64,000 nt of DNA from a virus. Its lineage: Duplodnaviria > Heunggongvirae > Uroviricota > Caudoviricetes. A model generated the notes under the pieces. It made no database searches, was not told the origin of the DNA, and saw nothing but the letters and a program-made list of their open reading frames with translations. The DNA lies in the IMG/VR virus record IMGVR_UViG_3300009826_000019, positions 43,941-107,940 of that record; one strand, given 5' to 3'. Position 1 is the first letter of the stretch; every line of letters begins with the position of its first letter. Shown one piece after another: positions 8,953-18,772 of this stretch. The position numbers and the translations under genes are program-made.

Positions 8953-9192
8953 ATGGACAAAAATAAAATTTCAGTAATACAGAGGTTTGCGCAGGAGGTT
9001 TATGATAATCTTTTGAAGTTATACCCCGAAAAAAGTGATTACACGTTGGAACATAATTTTCACTACCTATGTGGTGTGGATATGCTTGTATGTTCGGTGA
9101 TATGGGATGATGATAGGTGTTTATTCCAATTTTTTGATTACACGATAGAGAATTTTAACGCAATTAAAGACGGAGGTTTTCCATGCGAATGA
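8953..9192 (+). CDS. hypothetical protein
   Basis: ORF track; element at 8900. Confidence 0.55.
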   Translation: MDKNKISVIQRFAQEVYDNLLKLYPEKSDYTLEHNFHYLCGVDMLVCSVIWDDDRCLFQFFDYTIENFNAIKDGGFPCE

Positions 9193-9599
9193 CAGAAAAA
9201 CAGATAAAAAAAGGCGAACAACTTGCAAAAAGGTTTGAGGGTCTTATGTTAAAGGGTGTTATCGTAGCAAACACGTTTGAATTTTGGGATGCCATTATTG
9301 TTGACCCCAACAGATTTTTGAAAGGGTTTATTGATACAGAGGGTTTGAGGTCGTATGTTTATTACGATGGGTTTGACGATATTCTTGTCAGTAGCGATGC
9401 TCTTGCAGGGTTTAATTTCAGTGCATTGCAGGAAATTATGAAGTCGGTAAATGATTTCGTTACATACCTCAATTATCTTACGTGGTTGTTGTATAAGGAT
9501 TTACTCCACAATTACAGATACCACCACACAGGATTTGAATTGTTTGATATTTTCAGAACGGATGGGTTGTTCCTACGTTTGAAGTTATCGTATAAATAA
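9183..9599 (+). CDS. hypothetical protein
   Basis: ORF track; the stop abuts the TACTCAAATGAGTA motif. Confidence 0.5.
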   Translation: MRMTEKQIKKGEQLAKRFEGLMLKGVIVANTFEFWDAIIVDPNRFLKGFIDTEGLRSYVYYDGFDDILVSSDALAGFNFSALQEIMKSVNDFVTYLNYLTWLLYKDLLHNYRYHHTGFELFDIFRTDGLFLRLKLSYK

Positions 9600-9613
9600 T
9601 ACTCAAATGAGTA
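9600..9613 (+). promoter_or_regulatory. TACTCAAATGAGTA motif
   Basis: Abuts the stop codon of 9183..9599. Confidence 0.5.
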
Positions 9614-9654
9614 CAAATAAAAGATTTTTTGAAAAAAATTTACAATAAAATAAA

Positions 9655-9939
9655 ATGACAACAAAAGATATTAAGTTTATAGATACTTTGTTAAGACACG
9701 TTAGGGATGTCGATCAAATTATATGTGTTGCAGAGGGCAAAGATTACGATATGAAAACCTTTGCAGACGTTCCGAATGGTTGGGGCAAAGAAAAGGTAGA
9801 TAAGGGGTTCTATGTGTATGGTAGTGCGTTGGATAGCGATATTTTTCTTCAATTTCCTTGCACAATATCATTTCCTTTGTCGGATACAGACGAACAATTA
9901 TATTATTGGGATACGGATAATATCGTTGAACGGTTTTAA
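9655..9939 (+). CDS. hypothetical protein
   Basis: ORF track. Confidence 0.5.
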   Translation: MTTKDIKFIDTLLRHVRDVDQIICVAEGKDYDMKTFADVPNGWGKEKVDKGFYVYGSALDSDIFLQFPCTISFPLSDTDEQLYYWDTDNIVERF

Positions 9940-9980
9940 GTAAATAAAATAAGTTAATAACAATAATAAACAATAAAAAA

Positions 9981-10229
9981 ATGTACAAAGTAATATATTT
10001 AGGTTGGATGGTTGGTTGCACAGGTGCAAGCGAGCGCGACGTGGTTTTATCGGAAAAAGTTAAAACTTTAAAAGCGGCGATTGAAATGTGTAATTTACAC
10101 ACAGAAAAAGTAACAGGACACTCCCCGTATGTGTCGAATGGTGTGAAATTTAAAAGTGGTGGCAGAGGTCGCAATAATGTAATCGTAACAGGTTCGATAT
10201 TGTGTTATGAAATTCACAAAATTAAGTGA
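9981..10229 (+). CDS. hypothetical protein
   Basis: ORF track. Confidence 0.5.
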   Translation: MYKVIYLGWMVGCTGASERDVVLSEKVKTLKAAIEMCNLHTEKVTGHSPYVSNGVKFKSGGRGRNNVIVTGSILCYEIHKIK

Positions 10230-10232
10230 TAG

Positions 10233-10272
10233 CATCGGAATAATATCTTAATATTATATTTAGGGTATAAAC
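10233..10272 (+). promoter_or_regulatory. PeSL-like element P14
   Basis: Consensus copy. Confidence 0.55.
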
Positions 10273-10297
10273 AATAACAATTTAAAAAAGTTTTACA

Positions 10298-10534
10298 ATG
10301 GATAGAATACATGAATTTGACAATGGTGACGTGTGCATTTTGCGTGAATACTTTGACGCAGACGACGACGAACAAGGAATTGAAGTTTGGGATGAGGCGG
10401 ACACAGAATGTTTGTGTTACGTACCAATGGCGGAGTTTTTAGACGAAGATGACCCCGATGCAGCCGAATGGAATCCCAAAGAATTGGCGTATATTCAAGA
10501 AGTTTATTACGACCAGGGGTACAACAAAAAATAG
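10298..10534 (+). CDS. hypothetical acidic protein
   Basis: ORF track; element at 10233. Confidence 0.55.
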   Translation: MDRIHEFDNGDVCILREYFDADDDEQGIEVWDEADTECLCYVPMAEFLDEDDPDAAEWNPKELAYIQEVYYDQGYNKK

Positions 10535-10564
10535 AGGTTTAACAATTAAAAAACAATAACACAA

Positions 10565-10981
10565 ATGGAATTAAAAGAATACGTAGAATATTGTAGGGAT
10601 TTTATCATAGATAACATCCGCGATTTTGAGGGCGAAGAAACCCCAGCCGAAGATTTTGGTGCGAGAATGTGTGCAGGTCCTCACATGGATGGTAGTCTTA
10701 CATATAGCAGGTATGACGCGGAAAAATACATTATACATTGGTGGGGCGAATGTGGTGACTATATGGAATACCTTAAAGAAGCGTTTGGTTCGGAATGTGT
10801 TATAAACCCATTCAATGAAACAGAAAAATTTATGGTTTCAATGGTCTGTGACGGTGTGAACCAATTACTTTACAAGTCATTTGATATGCTTGAAATTGAG
10901 GGTGGCGACCACGTAGAAATAACCCCCGAATTGATTGAAAAAATATTGTTGGATTTAGATTCTTTCGACATACGGTTTTGA
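10565..10981 (+). CDS. hypothetical protein
   Basis: ORF track. Confidence 0.55.
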   Translation: MELKEYVEYCRDFIIDNIRDFEGEETPAEDFGARMCAGPHMDGSLTYSRYDAEKYIIHWWGECGDYMEYLKEAFGSECVINPFNETEKFMVSMVCDGVNQLLYKSFDMLEIEGGDHVEITPELIEKILLDLDSFDIRF

Positions 10982-11041
10982 GATTTTTGTTGATTATTAT
11001 TATAATTTGGGTTGAGGTTTTTATCTCAACCCATTTTTATA

Positions 11042-11081
11042 CATCGGAATAATATCTCAATTTTATATTTAGGGCATATAA
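11042..11081 (+). promoter_or_regulatory. PeSL-like element P15
   Basis: Consensus copy after hairpin GGGTTGAGG...CTCAACCC. Confidence 0.55.
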
Positions 11082-11111
11082 AAAAAAATAACAATAATTA
11101 AATTTAAAGAT

Positions 11112-11345
11112 ATGGAATACAAGGGTAAAGAAATAAGTTGTGAGGCTGAGGCGTTACGAATGATTGAGGTTGGTGACGAACTTTTGATTGGTTATTATGG
11201 TTCGGGCGGCGTTTTTGTAGAGTTTGACCGTTTTACCAACGAATTAGAAGCGGAGGAGGCGTTTGACGAAATTTACGGTACTCTATCCTATGAGGAGGAT
11301 GAGTTGTGGGAACCTAATGAGGATTGGGAGGAGGAAGCCGAATAG
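11112..11345 (+). CDS. hypothetical protein, paralogue family C (with 20893..21111)
   Basis: Shared IGYYG(S/A)G..FV..D pattern with 20893..21111; element at 11042. Confidence 0.6.
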   Translation: MEYKGKEISCEAEALRMIEVGDELLIGYYGSGGVFVEFDRFTNELEAEEAFDEIYGTLSYEEDELWEPNEDWEEEAE

Positions 11346-11385
11346 CATCGGAATAATATCCTAATTTTATATTTGATAGTATAGT
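11346..11385 (+). promoter_or_regulatory. PeSL-like element P16
   Basis: Consensus copy. Confidence 0.55.
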
Positions 11386-11412
11386 AATAACAAACAATAA
11401 TAGTTAAATAAT

Positions 11413-11724
11413 ATGAAAACAGTATTTCATGGTTTCTTTGCAGAAGACGACAATTTTATTCTAATGCAGGGACAGGGAAACGGATACGGTGATAACAACG
11501 TGTATATTGCTTTCACAAAGGAAATTGGTGGTAGGCGTTTTGCACGTTTCGCCAAAAAGGAAATAACCAACGCAGCAAAAGAAGCGTTCAACTACGGTTT
11601 TAGGACTTCATATCCTAATTTGAGTGACGCGGTTAATGACAAATTGAGAGGGCGCAATGTGTATTACAGTGAGTTGTTGCTTCGCACAATCGGACAAAAC
11701 ACGTTAAATATGATAGTTGGATAG
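11413..11724 (+). CDS. hypothetical protein
   Basis: ORF track; element at 11346. Confidence 0.55.
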   Translation: MKTVFHGFFAEDDNFILMQGQGNGYGDNNVYIAFTKEIGGRRFARFAKKEITNAAKEAFNYGFRTSYPNLSDAVNDKLRGRNVYYSELLLRTIGQNTLNMIVG

Positions 11725-11750
11725 TAATAACAATAAAAACAATAACACAA

Positions 11751-12140
11751 ATGAAAAATATAAAAGCAGAAAATTTTACCTCGTGGAGTGATTTATGGAA
11801 CGCGGGGGTTGCAAACAGTGAGGTTTATAAAAACATACGCTACTTTATGATTGGCGGCGAAACCTACTTTTTCAACGAACATGACGTAGAATGTAAGCAC
11901 AGTTTTTACAGATTACTTCATTTTCGCACAGAGAGTGAAATAGAAGCGTGGATTAGTGATAATTTAGTGTTTTTACAGAAACTGAATGAAAAAACCGTTA
12001 TCGGTAATTTGGAACGCAGATTAGAGGCTATCGGACAGGAAAAAGAAGCGTTGAATATGGAGGCTACTGAAATTTATATTCTCTTATCTAAAATTTATGA
12101 AAAGAGAGTAGACCAAGTAGAAACATTTTTTGGAAACTAA
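11751..12140 (+). CDS. hypothetical protein
   Basis: ORF track. Confidence 0.55.
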   Translation: MKNIKAENFTSWSDLWNAGVANSEVYKNIRYFMIGGETYFFNEHDVECKHSFYRLLHFRTESEIEAWISDNLVFLQKLNEKTVIGNLERRLEAIGQEKEALNMEATEIYILLSKIYEKRVDQVETFFGN

Positions 12141-12156
12141 AAAAAAGTGGGTAGCG

Positions 12157-12196
12157 CATCGGATTACTACCCTCTTTTTATATTAAGAATATAAAA
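12157..12196 (+). promoter_or_regulatory. PeSL-like element P17, variant embedded in terminator hairpin 12149..12172
   Basis: GGGTAG-CGCATCGGATTA-CTACCC then TCTTTTTATATTAAGAATATAA. Confidence 0.5.
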
Positions 12197-12219
12197 TAAC
12201 AATAAAAAATAAAATACAA

Positions 12220-12798
12220 ATGAATACAATAATTGTAAATGGAAAACAGAAAATCGTTTTGAGACAGGTGTGGATTGGCGATTTGTGTTATGTTAGTAGT
12301 GACGAAAAATGGTCGCAAATGTGCGATACAATGCAAAAAAACGATAATTGGGATGAGTTACTTGTACCAGGTGAATCGGCGTTACATGGCACTGCCCACG
12401 GTGACGGTAGATATTTTGGTCTTGAAGACCCACGTAGTCTTGAAGAACTACGTCTTGAAAATGATGACATTGATACTTCGCCATATTTGTATGGTGTGGA
12501 TAGCGGTACGTTGGGTGTGATTTGGTTTGACAAAATAACCAAACCCGAAGGTATACCATTTGGGCAAATATTTGACGTAGAATATGACGAAGATGAGGGG
12601 GAACCTCTATTGTCAGTTGCCTATGATTTGGGAATAATTGATTTCTACATTGGTACGGATTTGATTGAACAAATTGATACAAGCGGTGATGACGATTGGT
12701 CTGAATACGATTTTGAAGACGAAGACGGATTTTTGAAGACCGATTATGATGACGGGGATAACGAAGACGAAGACGGATTTCTTAAATGTAAGCAATAA
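12220..12798 (+). CDS. hypothetical protein with acidic C-terminus and EDEDGFLK repeat
   Basis: ORF track; element at 12157; overlapping ORFs in the other frames are rejected. Confidence 0.6.
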   Translation: MNTIIVNGKQKIVLRQVWIGDLCYVSSDEKWSQMCDTMQKNDNWDELLVPGESALHGTAHGDGRYFGLEDPRSLEELRLENDDIDTSPYLYGVDSGTLGVIWFDKITKPEGIPFGQIFDVEYDEDEGEPLLSVAYDLGIIDFYIGTDLIEQIDTSGDDDWSEYDFEDEDGFLKTDYDDGDNEDEDGFLKCKQ

Positions 12799-12814
12799 AA
12801 AAAAATGGGGGTAG

Positions 12815-12854
12815 CATCGGATTACTACCCCCTTTTTATATTTAGAATATAACA
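12815..12854 (+). promoter_or_regulatory. PeSL-like element P18, variant embedded in hairpin 12807..12832
   Basis: GGGGGTAG-CATCGGATTA-CTACCCCC then TTTTTATATTTAGAATATAA. Confidence 0.5.
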
Positions 12855-12873
12855 ATAATAAAACTAATAAAAA

Positions 12874-13158
12874 ATGGATTACATAAACATTAAAGAAATA
12901 AAAAGAAATTTATCGTGGTATCGCGATGAACTTTACAATCAGCTTGCCATTATTGTAAAAGAAAATGGGGGTCGAATGTATTTTGAGTGCAGTGGGTATA
13001 TTTTGTGGGAGTATAAACCAACAAAACTTTTTTTCCACAAAGAAAAATTGGCAGTAGGATTTGAGGAGCCCGATGGTCATGATAATTGGACTGTTGCTAC
13101 TAATTTGGGTGTTGAGGATTTGGTTAAAATATATGATGTTGTGGCAGCATCGGAATAA
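12874..13158 (+). CDS. hypothetical protein
   Basis: ORF track; element at 12815. Confidence 0.55.
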   Translation: MDYINIKEIKRNLSWYRDELYNQLAIIVKENGGRMYFECSGYILWEYKPTKLFFHKEKLAVGFEEPDGHDNWTVATNLGVEDLVKIYDVVAASE

Positions 13159-13187
13159 TATCCTAATGTTATATTGAGAGTATATAA
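13148..13187 (+). promoter_or_regulatory. PeSL-like element P19
   Basis: Consensus copy. Confidence 0.55.
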
Positions 13188-13223
13188 AAAACATAACAAT
13201 AACAAACAATAAAAATAAATACA

Positions 13224-13859
13224 ATGAGAGTATTAGAATTAAGTAACGATTTTTTTGGTAAAATGTTGTTGTACGGACATATTGATACGTACAGTGGTGA
13301 CTTAAACCCCGATTACTTTGATAACAGAGATTGGGATGAGGATGAAGATTCGGAATTTGATTACGAGGAGTTTCTTTCAGACGTTAACGATGAAATTGAT
13401 TATTGGTTTGCCGATACGGTTTTCGAGAGATATTTCAAACCATTGGGTTTCGCGGAAATTAGAAACTCCGAATTACAAAGACCAAAATATTACAATTACA
13501 CAGGCGACAAAGTAACATTTCAATTACTTTATGACCCCGCAAAGTTTGGTGGATTGTTTTTCACTTCGTTTGAAGACTGGGCAATCTCAATTTTAGAAGG
13601 TGTTGGGGGTAAGTTTCGCAGTGATATGGAAGCGTTTTTGGCGGAGGAATTTTCTTCACAACCAGGGTTTGTTTCCTGGACGCCTAATAACATTAAGGAT
13701 TTGAAAAAAGCGTTAGCAGATGACCACAATATTTTTCACGCAATTAACGCCTTTGTAGCAGCCTTTTTACACGCAAAAATAGCAGCGGGTGAAATTGAAA
13801 TATTAACCCCAAACGATTTTAATGAGATTGTTGAACGAATGAACAACAGGTACTACTAA
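13224..13859 (+). CDS. hypothetical protein (211 aa)
   Basis: ORF track; element at 13148. Confidence 0.6.
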   Translation: MRVLELSNDFFGKMLLYGHIDTYSGDLNPDYFDNRDWDEDEDSEFDYEEFLSDVNDEIDYWFADTVFERYFKPLGFAEIRNSELQRPKYYNYTGDKVTFQLLYDPAKFGGLFFTSFEDWAISILEGVGGKFRSDMEAFLAEEFSSQPGFVSWTPNNIKDLKKALADDHNIFHAINAFVAAFLHAKIAAGEIEILTPNDFNEIVERMNNRYY

Positions 13860-13873
13860 TACTCAAATGAGTA
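13860..13873 (+). promoter_or_regulatory. TACTCAAATGAGTA motif
   Basis: Abuts the stop codon of 13224..13859. Confidence 0.5.
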
Positions 13874-13893
13874 ACAAAGAATAATAGGGGTAG

Positions 13894-13933
13894 GATCGGA
13901 ATAATATCCTACCCATATATTTAGAATATAACA
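13894..13933 (+). promoter_or_regulatory. PeSL-like element P20 (hairpin GTAGGAT..ATCCTAC)
   Basis: The CGGAATAAT core lies in the loop of a 7-bp stem. Confidence 0.5.
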
Positions 13934-13957
13934 ATAACAAATAATAATTAAATAAAA

Positions 13958-14266
13958 ATGAAAAGATTTGATATAGCGGAAGCGCAAAAACAAGTTAATA
14001 AAGTAAGAAGCCAGGCGATAGATTTTATTCGCCATAGTATTCTTGAACAACACAGCGGACATCACGTTTTGTGTAACGAAAGTGAAACATTTATTGAATC
14101 ACCGTTTGAAGACGACGACGCTTGGAAAGTTGTTGAAATAAAAGTAGACGGCAAAGATGACGGTGTTTATTACACACACAGTAATCCATACGATGAGTAC
14201 GATTGGCATTACATTGGTGGTATGTGTATTGAAGACCTCCTTTACGTAGCGGGTTTATACTCGTAG
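13958..14266 (+). CDS. hypothetical protein
   Basis: ORF track; element at 13894. Confidence 0.55.
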   Translation: MKRFDIAEAQKQVNKVRSQAIDFIRHSILEQHSGHHVLCNESETFIESPFEDDDAWKVVEIKVDGKDDGVYYTHSNPYDEYDWHYIGGMCIEDLLYVAGLYS

Positions 14267-14358
14267 TTGAAAAAGATAAAAGCTTATTGTTTTTTTATTA
14301 TTGTGCGGGTTGTATGGGGATAGTAAATGTATTATCCCCACGCAATACCATTCCACAG

Positions 14359-14398
14359 CATCGGAATAATATTGCACAATTATATTAAAAGTATAACA
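14359..14398 (+). promoter_or_regulatory. PeSL-like element P21
   Basis: Consensus copy after hairpin 14316..14342. Confidence 0.55.
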
Positions 14399-14414
14399 AA
14401 TAAAATAAAACACT

Positions 14415-15179
14415 ATGTATTTAGCAGTTGATAGTAAAAACAAGGAATATCGTTTTTCATATTCACCATATAGAGTGTGGGTTGATAGAAACGATAAAAG
14501 TAAGGGTGGTGTTTGGCGACCATTAAAGTCTAATGACAGGTGGTTTAACCTTGAACCAGGTACGATTAAAAAATGGTCGGGTAAAGAATTAACATGGGCA
14601 GAATCGCCCATAAAAATTTCACAGGCGGAAATTAACACGAGATTATTATTCATTGCCCCGCAGGGATTGTTAGAGGTTTTGAGAAACGAAACAAACGATT
14701 TAAAAATTTTGTTTTTGGAAAAAACTAAAACCTATGCTCAAAGTGAATTTGATAAAGCAAAAGAAATATATCAAAGGACTGCAAAAGATTGGTGTGAAAT
14801 TTTTGAAATAGAACCTATGGTAGACGGCGATTACGTTGGATTTCCGAACAACTTTTGGAAAACGGATAACGGTCGCTATTATAGTAGTAAAAGTAGCGCA
14901 GCACGTGATATTGTGTGGAAAGGTAAGGATAAATTTGTTGCTGATGCTATTAAAAAAGCGGAACGCCATTATGTGAGTTCGTTACAAAAACTGATTGACC
15001 GATTGGTTAAAAAGGGTTTGACTGATACCAACTTTCAAATTATTGAAAAAAGTCTTGGTGTTAATTTTGATTTACTTCTCGAACATGAATTTGAGGGTCG
15101 CAAAATACAAACAAGGTGTTGGACTATCATAGCAGAGGGCGAAATACAAAAACCACACTATCGTTATTTAGTAAATTAA
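14415..15179 (+). CDS. hypothetical protein (254 aa)
   Basis: ORF track; element at 14359. Confidence 0.6.
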   Translation: MYLAVDSKNKEYRFSYSPYRVWVDRNDKSKGGVWRPLKSNDRWFNLEPGTIKKWSGKELTWAESPIKISQAEINTRLLFIAPQGLLEVLRNETNDLKILFLEKTKTYAQSEFDKAKEIYQRTAKDWCEIFEIEPMVDGDYVGFPNNFWKTDNGRYYSSKSSAARDIVWKGKDKFVADAIKKAERHYVSSLQKLIDRLVKKGLTDTNFQIIEKSLGVNFDLLLEHEFEGRKIQTRCWTIIAEGEIQKPHYRYLVN

Positions 15180-15349
15180 AAAACAAAAGATATGATAATG
15201 TTTTATGAAATATTAAATTATGTTTTGCTTGGTATGGTCATATTTTGGTCTATTTGGGGGGTTGCTTTGTGTGTTGGATTGATTGGCGCAATTATCAAAT
15301 TTACAATCGAAGCGTTTACAGGAAAATAAAAAATGTTATTCCGACATAA

Positions 15350-15389
15350 CATCGGAATAACATTGAAAAATTATAATGAATAGTATAAG
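15350..15389 (+). promoter_or_regulatory. PeSL-like element P22 inside a perfect 12-bp inverted repeat
   Basis: ATGTTATTCCGA-CATAACA-TCGGAATAACAT. Confidence 0.5.
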
Positions 15390-15435
15390 AAATTTACATA
15401 AAAATAATAGTAATAACAATAAAAATATAATAAAA

Positions 15436-15846
15436 ATGAATAACGAAAAAGCGAGAACGTTGTTAAAAGAGGCTTTAGAAGACATGAATAGCCGTGATTT
15501 GGTACAATTACACAATGTATATTGCGACCTATGCAATATGTGTGATGACGAAATTCATGCGAATGACGAGGACTTTTTTGAAACGTTTTTTAACGGTTCG
15601 CCGTATGATTTGTATGCTGCGGTTGCACGTGGCGACTGTAATCCTAACCACGATTGGATACGTTTCAATGGTTACGGAAATTTGCAAACCTCTAATTGTG
15701 TGAGCGATTGGATTGACGAAAGCGATATCGTTGATTACATGATTGAGAATGACGAAGACTTGGAAAACGAAGACATTCGCGACATTCTGAATGATTGTGA
15801 AAACGAAGATGACGAAGACGATTTTGACGGCGAAGATGACGAGTAA
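15436..15846 (+). CDS. hypothetical acidic protein (start moved downstream of the element)
   Basis: ORF 15376..15846 begins inside the element; the in-frame ATG at 15436 follows the A-rich leader. Confidence 0.5.
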   Translation: MNNEKARTLLKEALEDMNSRDLVQLHNVYCDLCNMCDDEIHANDEDFFETFFNGSPYDLYAAVARGDCNPNHDWIRFNGYGNLQTSNCVSDWIDESDIVDYMIENDEDLENEDIRDILNDCENEDDEDDFDGEDDE

Positions 15847-15900
15847 AAAATATTTGGGTGTGGGATTAACCTGCACCCATTTTTCATTAAAAACTGTTAG

Positions 15901-15940
15901 CATCGGAATAATATGTTACTTTTATATTAAGAGTATAGTA
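15901..15940 (+). promoter_or_regulatory. PeSL-like element P23
   Basis: Consensus copy. Confidence 0.55.
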
Positions 15941-15966
15941 ATAACAATAATAAAACAAATAATAAA

Positions 15967-16611
15967 ATGAAGCAGTATAAAAGAGAACAAACGGTAAATA
16001 CTTACAGTTTTGATGAGTTGAATGAACGGGCAAAAGCAAACATACGCAATACGTTTGCAGACCATTGCATAGAACCCGAAGACTTTAAATTCGATGTTAT
16101 TCATTTTTTAACGGAGGATTGGGGTATTTCAACTTTGGAACCTTCTTTTTCTTTGTCGCACAAACAGGGTGACGGATTGTGCCTACATGGTTATATATCC
16201 ATTGACGATATTTTGGAAAACGAAAATATGTGTATGGCGATTATACCAGGTGTTAGTGTTGATAAGACGTTTTTGCGTCAAATTGTAAAAGGGTTTGATT
16301 TGAAAAAAACGGGGCGATATTCTCACGCTAGTTCGGTAGATATTGAGATTTTGTTTAACGATTACGATGTCAATGAACATGAGTTTTCTATAGAGGTGTG
16401 GAGTGATACCCTTACCATTATTGAGGAAAATTTTATAAGGTGGTATTGGGAACGTTGCACTTACTTTGTGAGGATGGGATACGAGTTCTTTTACGAATAT
16501 GAAGACAAAGTAGTAAAAGAATGGATTGACGAGGCTGGATATTTGTTAAATATCAATGGACAAATTATTGGAACCATTGACAGTAATGAAAATATTGAGT
16601 GGAATATCTGA
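15967..16611 (+). CDS. hypothetical protein, paralogue family A
   Basis: See 2464..3066; element at 15901. Confidence 0.65.
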   Translation: MKQYKREQTVNTYSFDELNERAKANIRNTFADHCIEPEDFKFDVIHFLTEDWGISTLEPSFSLSHKQGDGLCLHGYISIDDILENENMCMAIIPGVSVDKTFLRQIVKGFDLKKTGRYSHASSVDIEILFNDYDVNEHEFSIEVWSDTLTIIEENFIRWYWERCTYFVRMGYEFFYEYEDKVVKEWIDEAGYLLNINGQIIGTIDSNENIEWNI

Positions 16612-16615
16612 TTAG

Positions 16616-16655
16616 CATCGGATTAAAATACTAAAATTATATTACAAGTATTAAG
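16616..16655 (+). promoter_or_regulatory. PeSL-like element P24 (variant)
   Basis: CATCGGATTAAAATACTAAAATTATATTACAAGTATTAAG. Confidence 0.45.
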
Positions 16656-16678
16656 TAACAATAATAAAATTTAAACAA

Positions 16679-17083
16679 ATGACAAAAAATAATAATCCCT
16701 TGTATTTGGGAATGACAGTAGAATTTGGTGATGGTAGTCAAGATTATAGCACTACTATTGCAAATGGTAGAGTTGGTTGGTATACGCCGAGAACATATTT
16801 ACGTGAATTAGCCAACGTTGTACGTGCTGATTACATTGAAACAAGTAGTTCGGCGGGCGATTGGAGTGGTTGGTACGCGGTTCGCGTTGCCGAAGACAGA
16901 ATTGAAATTGTGTCTTTTGCACAGGAAAACCTTTTTCCACGAGCAACAGGATACGTTTTACAAACAGGCGATGCGCCGTTTGCAGTTGTAAGCAATGAAG
17001 CGGATATTGACGAAGCCGTAAATGATTATGTGCGTTACCTTTTTGGTGACTATGACGATGATTTTGACGGCGAAGACGAATAA
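16679..17083 (+). CDS. hypothetical protein with DYDDDFDGEDE tail
   Basis: ORF track; variant element at 16616. Confidence 0.55.
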   Translation: MTKNNNPLYLGMTVEFGDGSQDYSTTIANGRVGWYTPRTYLRELANVVRADYIETSSSAGDWSGWYAVRVAEDRIEIVSFAQENLFPRATGYVLQTGDAPFAVVSNEADIDEAVNDYVRYLFGDYDDDFDGEDE

Positions 17084-17176
17084 AACATAAAAAGGTGGGG
17101 ACAATCTCAATTACTATATGTAAATGACAATCTCCCCACTCTTTTATTTTAACATAACAAATAATAAATAAAGATA

Positions 17177-17398
17177 ATGCGAAGACAAGGAATTAGTTTA
17201 CAGCAAATGGATTTGAACCAATTTAATGACAATTTGTTAGCAACAGCGAATTATCGTGAGGTGCGAATTTGTCAGAATTGTAGGTTTTTTAAAAACCACG
17301 AATTTTCGGGTAGAATGTTTTGTAATGGTATCGGTTTAGATATCCAATTAAAAACCGCTCTTAACGTTTGTGATGAGCATAAATTTGAAACAGAATGA
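17177..17398 (+). CDS. hypothetical Cys-rich protein
   Basis: ORF track. Confidence 0.45.
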   Translation: MRRQGISLQQMDLNQFNDNLLATANYREVRICQNCRFFKNHEFSGRMFCNGIGLDIQLKTALNVCDEHKFETE

Positions 17399-17598
17399 CA
17401 ATTTATTACGTAGGTGATCAACAGTTTTTCAAGGCTTCCTCCGCTAAAAAATATATGCGGGAAACAGGATTAACAGGTTCCAAAGTAAAAGTTTATTCAA
17501 ATGGCGATTGGATACCAATGGGCGAAATAACCCTCAAAGGTAGCAATAAGTCGTTTATTGCAAACAGTCCCCGAAATATGAAAAAGTCGAATTATTGA
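17395..17598 (+). CDS. hypothetical protein
   Basis: ORF track; ATGA overlap. Confidence 0.45.
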   Translation: MTIYYVGDQQFFKASSAKKYMRETGLTGSKVKVYSNGDWIPMGEITLKGSNKSFIANSPRNMKKSNY

Positions 17599-17638
17599 CA
17601 TCGGAATAATATCTTAATTTTATATTAAGGGTATAGTA
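17599..17638 (+). promoter_or_regulatory. PeSL-like element P25
   Basis: Consensus copy. Confidence 0.55.
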
Positions 17639-17661
17639 ATAACAATAATAAAAAATATAAA

Positions 17662-18183
17662 ATGGAAAATACCATAATTGAAAAAGTAAAAAGTTTTATT
17701 GACGAAGATGGTCATATTGATTTGGCTTGGGCGTTGGGAACCTCTGATGAATACATGATAACAGAGTATTTTAAAGAAGACAACGACGGCGAAGAGCCTA
17801 ATGATGGTGATTGGGATGTCATTAACGATAGTATTGAAAATTTTGAAAGTACGTATCGTTCTATTTTGGAAGAATTTGTCAGCGGCGGTTCTCGTAATGA
17901 GGGTCATGACAGCGATAACGATTTGGTTGGTAGTTGTTGGGCAACATTGAGAGAGGTGGTTGAAATAATCAATGGTGGTGAGTCAAATAGCCACGGTGAG
18001 ATTATTTTCAATACATCAAGCGGGTCACTTTCTTGTGAAGAAGTGGATTTGTTGGAGGGTTGTGTAAATGCACATTTGTTGTTTTTCATTCCCGAAGACC
18101 TGTTTGACTTGTTGGATGCAATGAGTTTTGCAGAACAAAACGCCTTGGTAGCGGAATTAGAAGCCGAAGGCGAAAATGAATAA
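17662..18183 (+). CDS. hypothetical acidic protein
   Basis: ORF track; element at 17599. Confidence 0.6.
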   Translation: MENTIIEKVKSFIDEDGHIDLAWALGTSDEYMITEYFKEDNDGEEPNDGDWDVINDSIENFESTYRSILEEFVSGGSRNEGHDSDNDLVGSCWATLREVVEIINGGESNSHGEIIFNTSSGSLSCEEVDLLEGCVNAHLLFFIPEDLFDLLDAMSFAEQNALVAELEAEGENE

Positions 18184-18215
18184 GATTATTTGATTTGTAG
18201 TTTGTGTTTGTTGTT

Positions 18216-18251
18216 GCGCCGCCACCCTAAATATGTGTGGCGGCGTTTTTT
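18216..18251 (+). terminator. rho-independent terminator
   Basis: GCGCCGCCAC-CCTAAATATGT-GTGGCGGCG followed by T6. Confidence 0.7.
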
Positions 18252-18255
18252 ATAA

Positions 18256-18269
18256 TACTCAAATGAGTA
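18256..18269 (+). promoter_or_regulatory. TACTCAAATGAGTA motif
   Basis: After terminator hairpin 18216..18245. Confidence 0.5.
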
Positions 18270-18272
18270 TAG

Positions 18273-18312
18273 CATCGGATAAACAAATTACTTTTATATT
18301 ACAATCATAACA
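18273..18312 (+). promoter_or_regulatory. PeSL-like element P26 (variant)
   Basis: CATCGGATAAACAAATTACTTTTATATTACAATCATAAC. Confidence 0.45.
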
Positions 18313-18328
18313 ATAAAACAATAATAAG

Positions 18329-18712
18329 ATGACAATAGAAGAAGTTGTAGATTACGCTCACTTTATTGGGGCAGAGTTGAACGGAGAGTTGGGTAAAATT
18401 GGTATTTACGCTCAGGTAAACGAAACTTTTGGGAACTTTTTTGCGTTCTATATTGATACAATGTATCGGACAAAAGACGGTGGAAACCTATTTCAACACA
18501 AACAATTTAGAGTTGAGGGTGGTGTGGATAATGAAATATTGCGTGAGCGTTTGAAAGCAGTTTATCACGAAATACTTTGCGAATACTTTGTATTTTCAAA
18601 AGAAACATATCTGAATTGCCGCTGTGAATATTGCGGCAGGGAGTTTACTCCGAAACAAAATGAGAGTGAAAACTTTTGCAACGAATATTGTGAGAGAAAC
18701 GCTTACGTGTAG
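18329..18712 (+). CDS. hypothetical protein with C-terminal zinc ribbon (CRCEYCG...CNEYCERN)
   Basis: ORF track; variant element at 18273. Confidence 0.55.
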   Translation: MTIEEVVDYAHFIGAELNGELGKIGIYAQVNETFGNFFAFYIDTMYRTKDGGNLFQHKQFRVEGGVDNEILRERLKAVYHEILCEYFVFSKETYLNCRCEYCGREFTPKQNESENFCNEYCERNAYV

Positions 18713-18752
18713 ATCGGAATAATATCCTAATGTTATATTAAGAGTATTAATA
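18713..18752 (+). promoter_or_regulatory. PeSL-like element P27
   Basis: GATCGGAATAATATCCTAATGTTATATTAAGAGTATTAA. Confidence 0.55.
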
Positions 18753-18772
18753 ACAATAATAAAAATAATAAA